64,000 bases of DNA from Williopsis jadinii (GCA_024346625.1 AP024664.1:1612001-1676000), one strand, 5' to 3'. Shown: positions 32,288 through 44,177, numbered from the stretch's first letter. Program-made: numbers and translations. Notes: generated by a model from the sequence alone, not told the origin.

Positions 32288-35200
32288 ATAAACGGTTAAT
32301 TGCACAAGTTTATCTTGTCACCGATGAGCTGTAAATGCTCCTCTTCAAAACTGTAATATGCGATGCCCTGTGAAGTTGTCACACTGAGAGTAATTATACC
32401 TTCCAATCACCACAAGTACACACTGATAAATGGCACACAAAGCTTGTTATACAGTTACAGTTTAGCCTCATTGTATCAAAGCATGCCGTGGGTGATGAAG
32501 TGTCTCATTGCTGGCACCACTGACCATGATTTACAATCGTGGCAGTATATTTTACAGTTACACTGTTTCAAGCACCGTTAGCGCATTGACCATAGGGATT
32601 GCGATGTTCAACGTGGAATGTCATGATACAAAGCTCAATTGACGATCTGTCGATGTTTTTGACTCCTTCCATGGCCCACTAGAATGAAAAGACTATTACA
32701 AGTGCTTATGCATGGTGGTACGCCGTATTTCAGAGGGCCGTACATTGGACTGCGTCTCAACAAAAAGATCAAGTTTTGAAGGGGAAGAGAACACACACCC
32801 ACACGAGAAGTTCTCATTGAGAACTCTCTCCACCTGTGTGCTGTGTGTGTTTTCGGATATCAGCGAGCTAATCTACTATGGTCTCGGTATTGCCATAGTA
32901 ATTGTAGATCAAGACGTTGAAAACCAGAATGCTGAACGATGACTCGTGAGTGATAAGTAATTAGCCATTCAGCATAAAGCCTCCTTCAGTTAGCTCCGAG
33001 GACAAATCCGACCTGTCAGCCAACTAGGCAACTTCTCTTGTGGAAACACAGCAGGAAGCCCAGGACCGAGGAGCTGGTATTATGACCTGTTCAGCAACCA
33101 TTCGGTGCTCTGGAGCTAGCTTTCCCGCAGTACGCACATATGGTACCTCCTTCAACGGCTGACACTGGAAAACGTGGCGACCCATAACAGCTAAGGTTCA
33201 TACTGGATGTGTACCTGAGTCATGACTACTGAGATTGGCCTGAAACCGTTGTGAACAGGTTGATGGTTTGTGACCCAAAGAGGCTATCTCCGTGTTGAAG
33301 TACCTTTGGTGGACGCCATTGCTCACAGGGGATGCCTCGTCAAGACTCACACGACATGTCTCTCTTCATCACTCTGTGTATGGCCTTTTTTTCATGGTCG
33401 TGTGAGACTTTTCTATCTTGAGCGCACGTAGAAGAGCCATGTGCATATAACACCAGGTACGCACGTGGGATGTGCAGTACAGGTTATAACTTGTTGTCAC
33501 ACCATTGGGTGCTAGTAATGGCTCCGGATTTACCAACTTCATCAACGATGAGGCGTAGATCTGGACAGCTTTGGTCCTAAAAGTCCCACACCCTCTTGAT
33601 TCAGCCAGCTGTACATGGTTGTGAAGGATCGTCATACTTGTTCCACAGAGTCATTGAGCCGTAAAGAGTGTAGTGTCAATGTGAATGTCAATTGTTTGAG
33701 TGTCCAGCAGCGGGAACTCGTACACCACGTACACACTCTGGCCTTTTGAATGGTTGGAAACATGAAAGCTGTGGGACATTGTTATATGGGGTTGGCTTGT
33801 GTGAATTCCCCTGTTGCAAAGGTGATGTAAACCAGAGTCATGGTAACGCCTAACTTCAGGCAACCACACTTGCTATCAACGTGTACAGTATGTCCTACAT
33901 ATAGCAGCAGTACAGAAACGTGCACCGTGCAAAACTCCACCTACATGAGACCAGTAGAATGTGGAGTACTACACATGTAAAAAGTTCATATGTGTTTACA
34001 CGGATTCCACTCTCAACTTGGACAACTTCCTATAGACTAGGGTATTACTGTCAACGCCATAGGTTCTCATATCCATGTAAGAACGGTTAAATTAGAGGCG
34101 ACACAGGTAAGAGGCATATGTACTATGCCGCAGGCTCATCACTCCAGCATAGCTTGAAGAGTAGAGGCGATCACGAAGTTGCCTTTTCCCGCAACTCATG
34201 AGCCTAAGAAGGGTTGGAAGTCGTGTGACTGGCTCATCAGATGCCGAAGTTAAGGCTTTGGCTGTAGCCTCTGCAAACAGTGCGCTTGTAACTTTGTTGT
34301 ACCGAGATGTTATGGAAAACGTGCGCCAATTATTAACGTCTGTTAGCATCAAGCCAAATCCAGCTTGTAAACAAATATGAAATCACGTCTGCCACGACTA
34401 ACACAGTACTGCATGGTGTAGTATTGGCCTCTATAGTTAGTACTAGGGGGAGGGACAACGCAGAGCAGGGCCAAGCGTTGAACTGGTTTGTTACAGTTGA
34501 CAATCCTCACTATCAGCACGAAAAATAATTCTCAACACGCAGCCTATCATATCCCTCCAGGATATTAGCACTTCCAACTTCCCTTGGCCCATGTACAAGC
34601 TGATCATAATATTATGTACCGTGTAGGCCAGTGAGTTCTTCAGAGCGATCTTTTTATCAGTCAGCCCTGGCCACATGACTTGAATTGCAATAGATCAACG
34701 AAAAGCACGTTGAAGCCACGCAAGGCAATTAATTACCCAAAAAGGCCCTGTTTCCCTGGACCGGCCTGAACAACACCAGCGCCAGTTATTTGGCGGAGGG
34801 CCTGTGGTTCTGGTGGGCTCTGGTGGATCACTGTGTCACTGGGTTGGCAGCCTGATGCTTCCTGCCCGAAAGCGTGCTGGAGCTAATAGAGGCACATGTT
34901 CGACAAAGTTGTCAAACGTAGCTCACTTGATATGTAGCATGTACATACCTGTACGTTTGTTTAGAGCCGTCTAGGCAGCCAATTGTTGTTGTTGTTCTTG
35001 CCTTTGGACTATTACAAGTATGTGTCTGCGACCTGCCGGTGCTGGGTGCCATTCATTCACGAGTGATGTAGCCATCTCTCGCCGGGTAGACAGACCTACA
35101 TGCCCACGCTGCACATACATGTGTTCACATACCTGGGACATAAGTACTGCATTCAGAGCACTCTGAGCACTGGGCCCGGTTTCGATATTACCACCGAGAC

Positions 35201-36013
35201 TTTGAACAGCACAGTTCTCCCAAGGTGCTGAGGACACAGCCGGCACCACGTACCTGGTGCCCACAAGCTGTCCGTGTGCCCAGTACTGGCCGCCACTGGC
35301 CAGCACGGGATACAACTCCGGTCTCCTCCTCCTCCCTCGCTATCACCAGCACTTCCCTACGTACACGCTCTAGATAAACACAGACAGGGCGTATCCATGC
35401 AACAGATGTTTACACCTAAAGCACCCTCTGCAAGACGTTGTTACTGCTAAGCACAGCGTACATGGCTCATCCACTATCCATCGCAGCGACACACAGCAGG
35501 CCACCACGCCAATGTATCCATTCAATCGCAGAGTCCCACCCTTGACTCAGGATCGCACAACGCCCGTCTACTGAATAACCAGCGGCGTGGTGCTGATAAC
35601 CGAAGCACGTCCAGAGAGCCCACGTAATTTTTCTGTCTAATCTCCCTGCTTAAAGTCCGAGGAGGCCTCCCTCCTGCACTTGCAGCCTGAAGAGGACCGC
35701 CAGCGCAGAAACTTTAGGCGACCGCCTAAAGTGAAACAACACACCGACCTCGTGCTTTTTTCCCTCCGCCTGTTTTTAGCCTTGCTTTTGTATATAAAGG
35801 AAGCCATATCTCTCTGCAATTCCATCCTGGTGGACCAGGGAGAGAGAGATCCCCACCGCTGCCCATTACACACCGACAGCACCAGCACCCAGCACCAGCA
35901 CTCACCCGAGCCACCGCCTTCATCCACGCTCCTTCACATCTTCCGCCTGGCCCCCGTTCGCTGTGCCTTGATTTGTTGCCCACTATCTCTCCGCCCCGGT
36001 CCCCTTGTTCTGC

Positions 36014-38341
36014 ATGAAGTTTGGTGCTCAGCTTCGAAACAAATCTGTCCCGGAGTGGCGTAGCTATAACATCGACTACAACGATCTCAAGCAGAGGATC
36101 AGAATCACAACCGAGCTGCCCAAGGATGACAGACGCGTGCAGGACCTGTACGGTTCCTTCATCGAGCAGATCGACATGGTGAACATGTTTCTCCATTCCA
36201 AGCTTGGGGAAGTGAAGAGACGGATGCAGTTTGTGGCGTCCGCGATAGACGATAACAAAGAGGACGAGCAGATATCGCTGAGCGTTGAGTCGAACCTGAG
36301 GCGGCTCAGCTCGGACCTACAGAAGCTCTCTCGATTCATTGTGATTCAGAAGACTGGACTGAGAAAGCTGCTGAAGAAGTACACCAAGTACTCCAACGAT
36401 GGCGGCGAACTGAACACGAGCATCAACAAGTACGTTGTGCAGAACCAGGACTCGTTTGTTCACGTGGACCTGGTTGGGCTGTACCTGGAGCTTGCGCTGC
36501 TCTACGATCTCGTGAGGGAGAAGCAGGCCGACCACTCGGAACGGATGCAGAGGAGCAGCTCGTCACGGTCCGCATCTGGTCGGAAGCCTTACCAGAGACG
36601 GTCTAGCCTGATCAACCCAGTGCAAGGGCTGAACATCAACGAAGTGTTTGACTTTGAGTCCACGCACAAGGGCACATCAAAGGAGGTCTTTTTGGTGCAC
36701 TATGATAACCTTGTTGAGTTGAAACTGTTCTTGCTGTCCAACTTTTACCTTGTCGACCAGTCTGTTCAGCTGGAGAGGAAAGAGCTGCAGTTGAAGAAGC
36801 AAAAGTCGGCAATATCGTTTAGACAACAACTCCAGTCGAGGAACTCATCTGATAACATATACAGACAACAGTTTGACGAAGAAACCTCAGAACAACCAAC
36901 GTACAGATCGAATTCGATCTATACAAACACCACTGATGATTTGGCAAACCAGGGCTTAACGACAAGCATCATCCTAGATGACCCAAAACATCTACAGTCA
37001 ATTCAAATGAACACAGATCCTGGTGTATTGTCAACAAATGACCGTTATCAAAAGCGTGAATTGCTGATCAGTGCTATTGGTGGATTGCGTAAGAATTCGA
37101 ACGTCCTGATCAATGACAAGGGGTCATTTGTCGATGAGCTCTTAGAGGCTATAAACTCGGGCGTATTGTTTGATGACTTTGTACAGAAACACACCGAATA
37201 CTTCAACTCTTTGGATTCATTGGAGAGAATCTCCATCGAATGGCTTTTCTCAAGACATATCAAACCAATCATTAAAGTTTCTTCTACGAGAACTCGCTTT
37301 AGACCAAATTTATCACCATCATCTAATTTGGACTCTTGGATCACCCTTTCTTCAAATTTGAAGTTATCAAAGAAGGACTTGACAAATCCGCAATGGACTG
37401 AGACGAACGAGCAAGACTTCAAAACTCTACCGTACGCGATCCTGGAGGTTCGTTTCAACACCCCAATCGAACAGGGGAAACTACCAGACGTGTTGCAAAA
37501 GCTTTTGACTTCTCACTTGATCTACAAGGTCGATGATACATTGACAATCCTTACGTATTATCTCTTTGCATCGAAAGTGCTAGACTTCACACCAACTTGG
37601 GCAAAGTTTTTTGGAGACGAACCCATTGACATCCGTAAGAATCCACCGAAAATCCGCAAGGTGAAGTCATCAGTGAATACGACCAGCGATGTCAGTTTAA
37701 AGCATAACTCAGTCTCAGGAGAGAGCAATCAATTCAAGTACTGGAACGAATTCGATAATGGATCGGAAACTGAACAGGGTGATGGATTCTACATTGACGT
37801 TGAGTCAGATGGCGACACTCTATTCCCAAGCTCTGGTATAGAGTACCTGTTTAAAATCACTGACAAGATGAACTCTTTCTTACACGGAAAGCTACCATTC
37901 ATGTTCAACGATACTAAAAGTTCTTCGACCCAACGTCTTGTGAATAATGAGAATGGTGAGGACCGTATATATGGATCCACTGATCATAGTGATGTCGAAT
38001 CCTTTAGCGATAGTGCTTCGCAGGCCAAAGCTGCACATGATACCCTTCTTGTGTTCATCGCTGTCTCGTGTTCCCTTCTCAGTCTGGTACTAATGTCTGT
38101 GTCTCTTGGTATCACAAGTTCACTTTTGAGCTATGAAGACCCACAAGTTAGTCCAATTGTCATTGCCGTCCTTGTCATTGCCATGATTACAAGTTTGTTC
38201 TTCTCAGTGGTGTCACTCTGTTTCCTCATGATGAGTGAAGCTGTGAACAGAAAGCTCTGGCAAACATTTTTCGTTTGGACAGTGTTCATCGCTGTTACAT
38301 TCTTGGTGACTTATGGAATGGCCAATGCCTTTGGCATTTAA
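36014..38341 (+). CDS. VTC5: SPX-domain VTC complex subunit with three C-terminal TM helices
   Basis: SPX start MKFGAQLRNKSVPEWRSYNIDYNDLK, QKTGLRKLLKKY, YWNEFDNGSE, hydrophobic C-terminus. Follows SLU7 (YDR088C/YDR089W). Confidence 0.85.
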   Translation: MKFGAQLRNKSVPEWRSYNIDYNDLKQRIRITTELPKDDRRVQDLYGSFIEQIDMVNMFLHSKLGEVKRRMQFVASAIDDNKEDEQISLSVESNLRRLSSDLQKLSRFIVIQKTGLRKLLKKYTKYSNDGGELNTSINKYVVQNQDSFVHVDLVGLYLELALLYDLVREKQADHSERMQRSSSSRSASGRKPYQRRSSLINPVQGLNINEVFDFESTHKGTSKEVFLVHYDNLVELKLFLLSNFYLVDQSVQLERKELQLKKQKSAISFRQQLQSRNSSDNIYRQQFDEETSEQPTYRSNSIYTNTTDDLANQGLTTSIILDDPKHLQSIQMNTDPGVLSTNDRYQKRELLISAIGGLRKNSNVLINDKGSFVDELLEAINSGVLFDDFVQKHTEYFNSLDSLERISIEWLFSRHIKPIIKVSSTRTRFRPNLSPSSNLDSWITLSSNLKLSKKDLTNPQWTETNEQDFKTLPYAILEVRFNTPIEQGKLPDVLQKLLTSHLIYKVDDTLTILTYYLFASKVLDFTPTWAKFFGDEPIDIRKNPPKIRKVKSSVNTTSDVSLKHNSVSGESNQFKYWNEFDNGSETEQGDGFYIDVESDGDTLFPSSGIEYLFKITDKMNSFLHGKLPFMFNDTKSSSTQRLVNNENGEDRIYGSTDHSDVESFSDSASQAKAAHDTLLVFIAVSCSLLSLVLMSVSLGITSSLLSYEDPQVSPIVIAVLVIAMITSLFFSVVSLCFLMMSEAVNRKLWQTFFVWTVFIAVTFLVTYGMANAFGI

Positions 38342-38390
38342 TTATTACTGTTCTATTTGATTATGATGTTATGTACTAATGTTCCCTCAT

Positions 38391-39635
38391 TTATACCTGG
38401 AATCCAAATCTCTTTTGGACCCATTGTAGACCATGCTCTTCATAGTCTTGCCTTGTGACTTTGACACTGTTATACTTTGCATTTTCACTGAACTTTTGAG
38501 CACATTCCCAACCATACGTGCTAGGGTTTGACGGTTTACATATCCTAACATCCCAATCAACAGGTAGGACAATCTTCAACTCCGCTAACAACCTTTCTTC
38601 CAGGTGTTTCAAGTTGAAATTACCCCCAATGACAGCGATATTTGAAACCAACAATGGACGAATAAGTTCTGGCACAGAGTTGATTGAATCGACAATGGTT
38701 TCGACGATTCCTGGCTTGTTCATTATTTCGACAATCTCAGGATGGAATAGAGTCTCAGGGACGCTGAATCTCTCGTCGTATAACTTCAAAATCTGTTGGT
38801 CTTGAGGTTTATACTTGGCCTTAAGCTCTGGTGTCAAAACGTAACCGTGGGTAGTGGTGTTGAAATCGGGCAAGACGTACTCCACAACGTTCTCCTTAGG
38901 ATGGATTTTCATTTCTCTCAAGCTCTTGTTGTAGTCCATGGTAACAAAACAGGAGCTCTCCTTGATGTTGTTCACCAATATTGTCTCATCGGTAACGTTG
39001 TAGTGTCTAAACGAGATTTTTTCTCGTAACACACCCGATAGGAATCTCCCTGCGATTTCGAACTTCCTTACTCCATGCCAGAACACCATTCCCTTGATAA
39101 TAGGAATCACCCAGGTGGCGTTGAACCCTGAATCAACAACTAGTTGATAATCTGCATAGTTTTGTACGGTGCTGATATCGTTCTTCAGCTCTGGCTGATA
39201 CAACCCCTCGTTCTTTTCGTAATTCCATGGAACAAACGACCCGATCGGTGCCTTGAACAGTGATTGGAATCCGTATTCCTCAAAGACGATCTGGTCAGTG
39301 TTCTGCGACAGCTGGGGTAGCATGAATGGGGTCTCGCTCATTATGAGGTCGTGCTCTGTCGGATCGACATCCAGCTTGAAATCCTCACAGGTGAAGCAGT
39401 AGTCCCAGATCATCTTCTCGGCCTCCCAGCTCGTCAGATGACCCTTCTCTATGGGTCTTTTGAAGACGATACCAGAGATATCGTTCACAGAGTGGACCTG
39501 GTTGCCGATGAGTAACCGCTTGTCTTTGGTCTTGGAAATGGAGTTCTGTACTCGTGGCAATTCATCAACAGATGTCTTTGAATTGCCTACTTTGATCTCG
39601 TATGATCCATTATCCAGTATGAGCGTCTTGAACAT
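38391..39635 (-). CDS. ARP6: Actin-related protein 6 (SWR1 complex)
   Basis: TLILDNGSYEIKVG, DQIVFEEYGF, LVVDSGFNATWVIP, ERFSVPETLFHP. ATG 39635. Divergent from SMC4 as YLR085C/YLR086W. Confidence 0.95.
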   Translation of the reverse strand: MFKTLILDNGSYEIKVGNSKTSVDELPRVQNSISKTKDKRLLIGNQVHSVNDISGIVFKRPIEKGHLTSWEAEKMIWDYCFTCEDFKLDVDPTEHDLIMSETPFMLPQLSQNTDQIVFEEYGFQSLFKAPIGSFVPWNYEKNEGLYQPELKNDISTVQNYADYQLVVDSGFNATWVIPIIKGMVFWHGVRKFEIAGRFLSGVLREKISFRHYNVTDETILVNNIKESSCFVTMDYNKSLREMKIHPKENVVEYVLPDFNTTTHGYVLTPELKAKYKPQDQQILKLYDERFSVPETLFHPEIVEIMNKPGIVETIVDSINSVPELIRPLLVSNIAVIGGNFNLKHLEERLLAELKIVLPVDWDVRICKPSNPSTYGWECAQKFSENAKYNSVKVTRQDYEEHGLQWVQKRFGFQV

Positions 39636-39940
39636 CAGTTGAAGGGTCTCCAAAGCAGTGATCTTCGTCTTCGTGAACAGCTTTCTTAGCACACTGAGCC
39701 CACAATGCCTTCTATCTAAGGTGCTTTGTTTACTTTTTCTGGTGATCCGGGTAACACCCACGCCAACGACCCTCGGATTTGGAAAAGGAGAGTTTTGAAA
39801 TAACAAACCGCCCTCGGTTTTGGGGATTTGTTTTTGTTTTGATTTCAAAGACGCGCTGGCGGAAATATAAACAAAGCCCAGTTTATCAACAGGGTCTGTT
39901 GTTTGCTCGTTGTCCACTACACAGCTTTGACAGAAACGAG

Positions 39941-42900
39941 ATGAGCTCACCACCTGCAAAGAGACGTCATTTGGGACCAAGGATCCCCGATGATGAAGAC
40001 AGTTCCACGCCAGACGTTGCGGATCTGGTCCAGAAGAGTGATGCCTTATCCGCATCAGCTTCACCGCAGAGCCCATCAAAGGAGAGACGTTCTTCGCTTG
40101 CCCCATTAGATACAAATGTTCCGTTGAAGCTGGACTCCGTGAAGCTTGATCCCCCATCTGACTCATCACCAAGGCAGCAATCGCCAAAGTCCAAGCCGTC
40201 TTTCAATGGTCCTGATATCATTCAGCTCTCACCTTCGAAGAATTCAAAGATCGCATCTATGAACTTCTCGCAGGATAGGGAAGGCGAACCTACGACCCGG
40301 TTGGTCATCCATCGTCTTGTCCTTACGAATTTCAAATCATATGCAGGGAAGCAGGTGATTGGTCCGTTCGACTCTTCGTTCTCTGCTGTTGTTGGTCCCA
40401 ACGGTTCAGGTAAGTCCAACGTTATTGATGCGATGCTTTTTGTCTTTGGATTCAGAGCCAATAAGATGCGTCAAGGTAAGTTGTCCGAACTCATCCATAA
40501 CTCAGAGACCGCGCCAAATCTTGAGTCATGCTCTGTGGATATCTATTTTCACAATGTGCAGGATAATGTTGACGAGACCACCAGTGTTATCCCAGAGAGT
40601 GAATTGATTGTGTCCAGAAGAGCATATCGTAACAATGGATCTGATTATTTCATCAATAATAAGAGAAGCAGTTATGGAGAGGTCACATCTCTTTTGAAAG
40701 ATAAAGGTATAGATCTCGACCATAAGAGATTTTTAATCTTGCAAGGTGAAGTTGAAAGTATTGCACAGATGAAACCGAAAGCTGAGAAGGAGAATGACGA
40801 CGGTCTTCTTGAATACTTGGAGGACATCATAGGAACTTCAAAGTACAAATCGACGATTGAGGAAAGCTATCAGAAAGTTGAGGAGTTGAATGAAATTTGT
40901 CAGGAGAAGGAAACCAGGTTTAGCTTGGTGGAGAAGGAGAGAGATTCATTGGAAGGCAAAAAGCAAGAAGCTTTGGATTTTATTCGTAAGGAGAAAGAAC
41001 TTGTGGAGAATCAGTCCTTACTATTGCGGTATAATATTCATCAGTCTGAAAAGAACATCGAGATGAATACTGGTATCTTGAAGGATCTTGAAAAGAAACT
41101 AGAGAATGAACAGAAAGAGTCGTCAGATTTCCAGACAGAGGTGAAGAAGATTGAAGCTGACTACAAGGCACTGATGAAGTCTATTGGGTCTATTGAAGAA
41201 GAGATTCAACAACTTGAAACAGCCCAGAGAAAGGATGAGAGGGATAGAGTTATGGTTGAGGAGAAGAAGAAGTCCATCGAGAACAAGAAGAAAAAGGCCG
41301 AAAAGCTTCTAGAAACAGCCATAACGGCACTCAACCAGGCTAATAACAAACATTCAACTTTATCTGATGAGAATGAGAAGTTCTCAAAAGACCTGGAAGG
41401 TTTGAGAAAATCACTCGTTGAAGAAAAATCCATTCTTGACGAGATTCGGTCTGAGTTAACAGATAAGACTAAGGCCTTTAACGAGGAGATTGAAATTCAC
41501 CAGGCCAAGCTTCGACCATGGACTGAGAAGTTGGAACAGAAGAAATCCGAAATCGCTATTGCTGAAAGTCGTGTGCAGATTCTGAAAGAGGGACGCTCCA
41601 CAGTTGATGCTGAAATATTAAAGCTTAAGGATCGGCTAAAGGAAATTGTCCAAGAAGGAAAGGATAATGAGAAGAAGTTAAGTTTGCTAAAGAAAGAAAA
41701 GACACACAATGCATCACAGATCCAGATTGGTGAGCAGGAGTGTGAGCACGCCGCTGGTAAACTTAAAGCCATGGAGGAGAGTGTCTCTAACCATCGTCAA
41801 AAGACTTTGGAAGCCAGAGGATCTCTCTCTACCATTCAAAACAAGAGTAAAGTTCTTGCAGGTTTGATGAGACTTCAAGAATCTGGACGTATTGAGGGAT
41901 TCTACGGAAGATTGGGAGATTTGGGGTATATTGATGACAAGTACGATGTTGCCATCTCTACAGCATGTGGTCAGTTGGATGATATGGTTGTGGAATCAGT
42001 GGAAGTTGGACAACAGTGTATTGAGTACTTGAGAAAGAACAACCTTGGTTATGCTCGTTTTATTCTATTGACTAAATTGAGAAAGTTTAACCTGGGCAAG
42101 ATTCAAACACCAAACAACGTTCCCAGACTTTTCGACTTGGTAACTCCACAGGATCCAAAGTTTGCACCAGCTTTCTACTCTGTACTCCAAGATACTCTAG
42201 TTGCTTCCAATCTTCAGGAAGCTAATAAGGTAGCTTACGGTGCGAAGAGATTCAGAGTTGTTACTCTTGACGGTAAATTAATTGATAAGTCAGGTACTTT
42301 GTCCGGTGGTGGTAACATTGTAAACCGCGGGGGAATGAAATCAACTTCTCAGGCTGGTTCTGTTTCTGAATCAGAAGTTCTCAAGATGGAAAAGCAGTTA
42401 TCTGAGAAAGAACAGAAGCTGGAGATTGCTCAGAATACTTACTACGAAATGACTGGAGCTCTCAAAGAATTAAAAGAGAGACAGCCTGAAATTGATACCG
42501 AGGTATCAAAGATCAAATATCATATTGACTCTTTGACGAATGAGATGAAGAGTGTTCAAACCCAAGTTGCTGCTGCTACGAAGAAAAGGGATGAGATGGC
42601 TGCAGATAACAAGGAGATCGCAGAGGCGGAGGCCAACGTAGCTAGTCTCACCATTGAGCTCAACAACTTACAGGAACAATCAAAAGAGTTACAGGACAAA
42701 ATCAATGTTCTTCAGGAACAAGTTTTGAATGTTGGTGGTGTCAAGCTTCGCATGCAAAACTCAAAAGTTGATAGTGTGGCACAGCAGATCGAAATCGCCT
42801 CTCATAAACTTAACAATAACAAAGTGGGTATCAAGAAGCTTGAAAATGAGATCAAAAGGTATACAAAATCTGAAAGTGAGAAGAAAAAAGAAATTGAGGA

Positions 42901-43951
42901 TTATCAATGTGATATCAGTCGCGTGGAAGAATCTTATCAAGAGAGGCTCCGTGTCTTTGAGAAACTGGAATCTGAATTGAAAAAATTGCGTGATTCGAAA
43001 GACGAGAACAAGGAGAAAGCGGAGTTGCTGAAGGAAAGCTTGGATGAGAAGCTTGAGAAGATCAACCTTTTGAGATCGGCTCAAGTGGAGATTGAAAACA
43101 AGATTGAAAAACATCAAAGTATCATCAAGCACCAAACCGCAGAACGCTTAAGGAACACGGAACATTTGGATACACTCGAATTCAGGGATGTTTCAACGTT
43201 ATTGTCATTTATTGAAGACGAAGAAGAAAGGTTGAAGTATGAGAACGGTTCTTTATCTGATCTTACGCCTGACGAGTTGGAAGCTCTTGATGTTGACACG
43301 ATTCAGATCAAAGTTGAGGATCTTGAAGCTTATATGAGTAAGGTGAAAGTCGATACAGATATCCTTGAAGAGTACGCTAGAAGGACAGAAGAGTATCAGA
43401 CGAGAAGAACAGACTTGAACAGTGCAGTCGAGGAGAGAGATCAAATTAAGACCACGGCTGAAGTGTTGAAGAAGAAAAGATTGGATGAATTCATGGAAGG
43501 CTTCAACCTTATATCTGCGACCCTGAAGGAGATGTACCAGATGATCACCATGGGAGGTAATGCTGAGTTAGAGTTGGTTGACAGTTTAGATCCGTTCTCA
43601 GAAGGTATCCTGTTTAGTGTGATGCCACCGAAGAAGTCCTGGAAGAACATATCAAATCTATCCGGTGGTGAGAAAACTCTCAGCTCCTTGGCTTTGGTGT
43701 TTGCCTTACACCGCTATAAACCAACACCATTGTACGTGATGGATGAGATTGACGCAGCTTTGGATTTTAGAAACGTTTCTATTGTTGCCAACTACATAAA
43801 GGAACGTACCAAGAATGCCCAATTCATTGTCATTTCCTTGAGAAACAATATGTTCGAATTAGCTCAAAACTTGGTCGGTATCTACAAAGTCAGTAACATG
43901 ACCAGAAGTATCACATTAAAGAATCATGATATGCTTAATAATGATCAATAA
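39941..43951 (+). CDS. SMC4: Condensin SMC subunit
   Basis: Walker A GPNGSGKSN, hinge GFYGRLGDLG, LSGGEKTLSSLAL, YVMDEIDAALDFRNVS. ATG 39941. Confidence 0.98.
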   Translation: MSSPPAKRRHLGPRIPDDEDSSTPDVADLVQKSDALSASASPQSPSKERRSSLAPLDTNVPLKLDSVKLDPPSDSSPRQQSPKSKPSFNGPDIIQLSPSKNSKIASMNFSQDREGEPTTRLVIHRLVLTNFKSYAGKQVIGPFDSSFSAVVGPNGSGKSNVIDAMLFVFGFRANKMRQGKLSELIHNSETAPNLESCSVDIYFHNVQDNVDETTSVIPESELIVSRRAYRNNGSDYFINNKRSSYGEVTSLLKDKGIDLDHKRFLILQGEVESIAQMKPKAEKENDDGLLEYLEDIIGTSKYKSTIEESYQKVEELNEICQEKETRFSLVEKERDSLEGKKQEALDFIRKEKELVENQSLLLRYNIHQSEKNIEMNTGILKDLEKKLENEQKESSDFQTEVKKIEADYKALMKSIGSIEEEIQQLETAQRKDERDRVMVEEKKKSIENKKKKAEKLLETAITALNQANNKHSTLSDENEKFSKDLEGLRKSLVEEKSILDEIRSELTDKTKAFNEEIEIHQAKLRPWTEKLEQKKSEIAIAESRVQILKEGRSTVDAEILKLKDRLKEIVQEGKDNEKKLSLLKKEKTHNASQIQIGEQECEHAAGKLKAMEESVSNHRQKTLEARGSLSTIQNKSKVLAGLMRLQESGRIEGFYGRLGDLGYIDDKYDVAISTACGQLDDMVVESVEVGQQCIEYLRKNNLGYARFILLTKLRKFNLGKIQTPNNVPRLFDLVTPQDPKFAPAFYSVLQDTLVASNLQEANKVAYGAKRFRVVTLDGKLIDKSGTLSGGGNIVNRGGMKSTSQAGSVSESEVLKMEKQLSEKEQKLEIAQNTYYEMTGALKELKERQPEIDTEVSKIKYHIDSLTNEMKSVQTQVAAATKKRDEMAADNKEIAEAEANVASLTIELNNLQEQSKELQDKINVLQEQVLNVGGVKLRMQNSKVDSVAQQIEIASHKLNNNKVGIKKLENEIKRYTKSESEKKKEIEDYQCDISRVEESYQERLRVFEKLESELKKLRDSKDENKEKAELLKESLDEKLEKINLLRSAQVEIENKIEKHQSIIKHQTAERLRNTEHLDTLEFRDVSTLLSFIEDEEERLKYENGSLSDLTPDELEALDVDTIQIKVEDLEAYMSKVKVDTDILEEYARRTEEYQTRRTDLNSAVEERDQIKTTAEVLKKKRLDEFMEGFNLISATLKEMYQMITMGGNAELELVDSLDPFSEGILFSVMPPKKSWKNISNLSGGEKTLSSLALVFALHRYKPTPLYVMDEIDAALDFRNVSIVANYIKERTKNAQFIVISLRNNMFELAQNLVGIYKVSNMTRSITLKNHDMLNNDQ

Positions 43952-44073
43952 ATTGTTTTTTTGGATTTACATACTCTCTCACAATTTCCATTTTAGGCAG
44001 TTAGTGCTCTTTCTTTGTTTTAATGTGGTGGACCTGGCAACAAAACCAACTCGCGGGTGTGCTGCGCCAACCA

Positions 44074-44097
44074 TCTCATCGGGTAAATTTTTTTTCG
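44074..44097. promoter_or_regulatory. PAC-like (CTCATC) and RRPE-like (AAATTTTTTTTC) elements upstream of RRP1
   Basis: tctcatcgggtaaattttttttcg about 90 bp before the ATG of a ribosome-biogenesis gene. Confidence 0.7.
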
Positions 44098-44177
44098 AGT
44101 GGTTTCTTCATAGAACGAGACAGAATAATCCATACACACACATTCACAGAAGGGAAGTCAATTAGGGATTGAGCGAG

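Noticed and set aside
33462..33600. CACGTG as a point-centromere CDEI
   Set aside because: No AT-rich CDEII or CDEIII follows, and the flank is GCACGTG rather than TCACGTG.
32363..35315. Short ORFs in the SLU7-VTC5 gap as genes or transposon remnants
   Set aside because: No recognisable domains, codon bias, LTR or TIR ends.
39636..40187. Apparent mutual overlap of extended ARP6 and SMC4 ORFs
   Set aside because: Family-typical starts are 39635 and 39941; the extensions are chance open frames across a divergent promoter.
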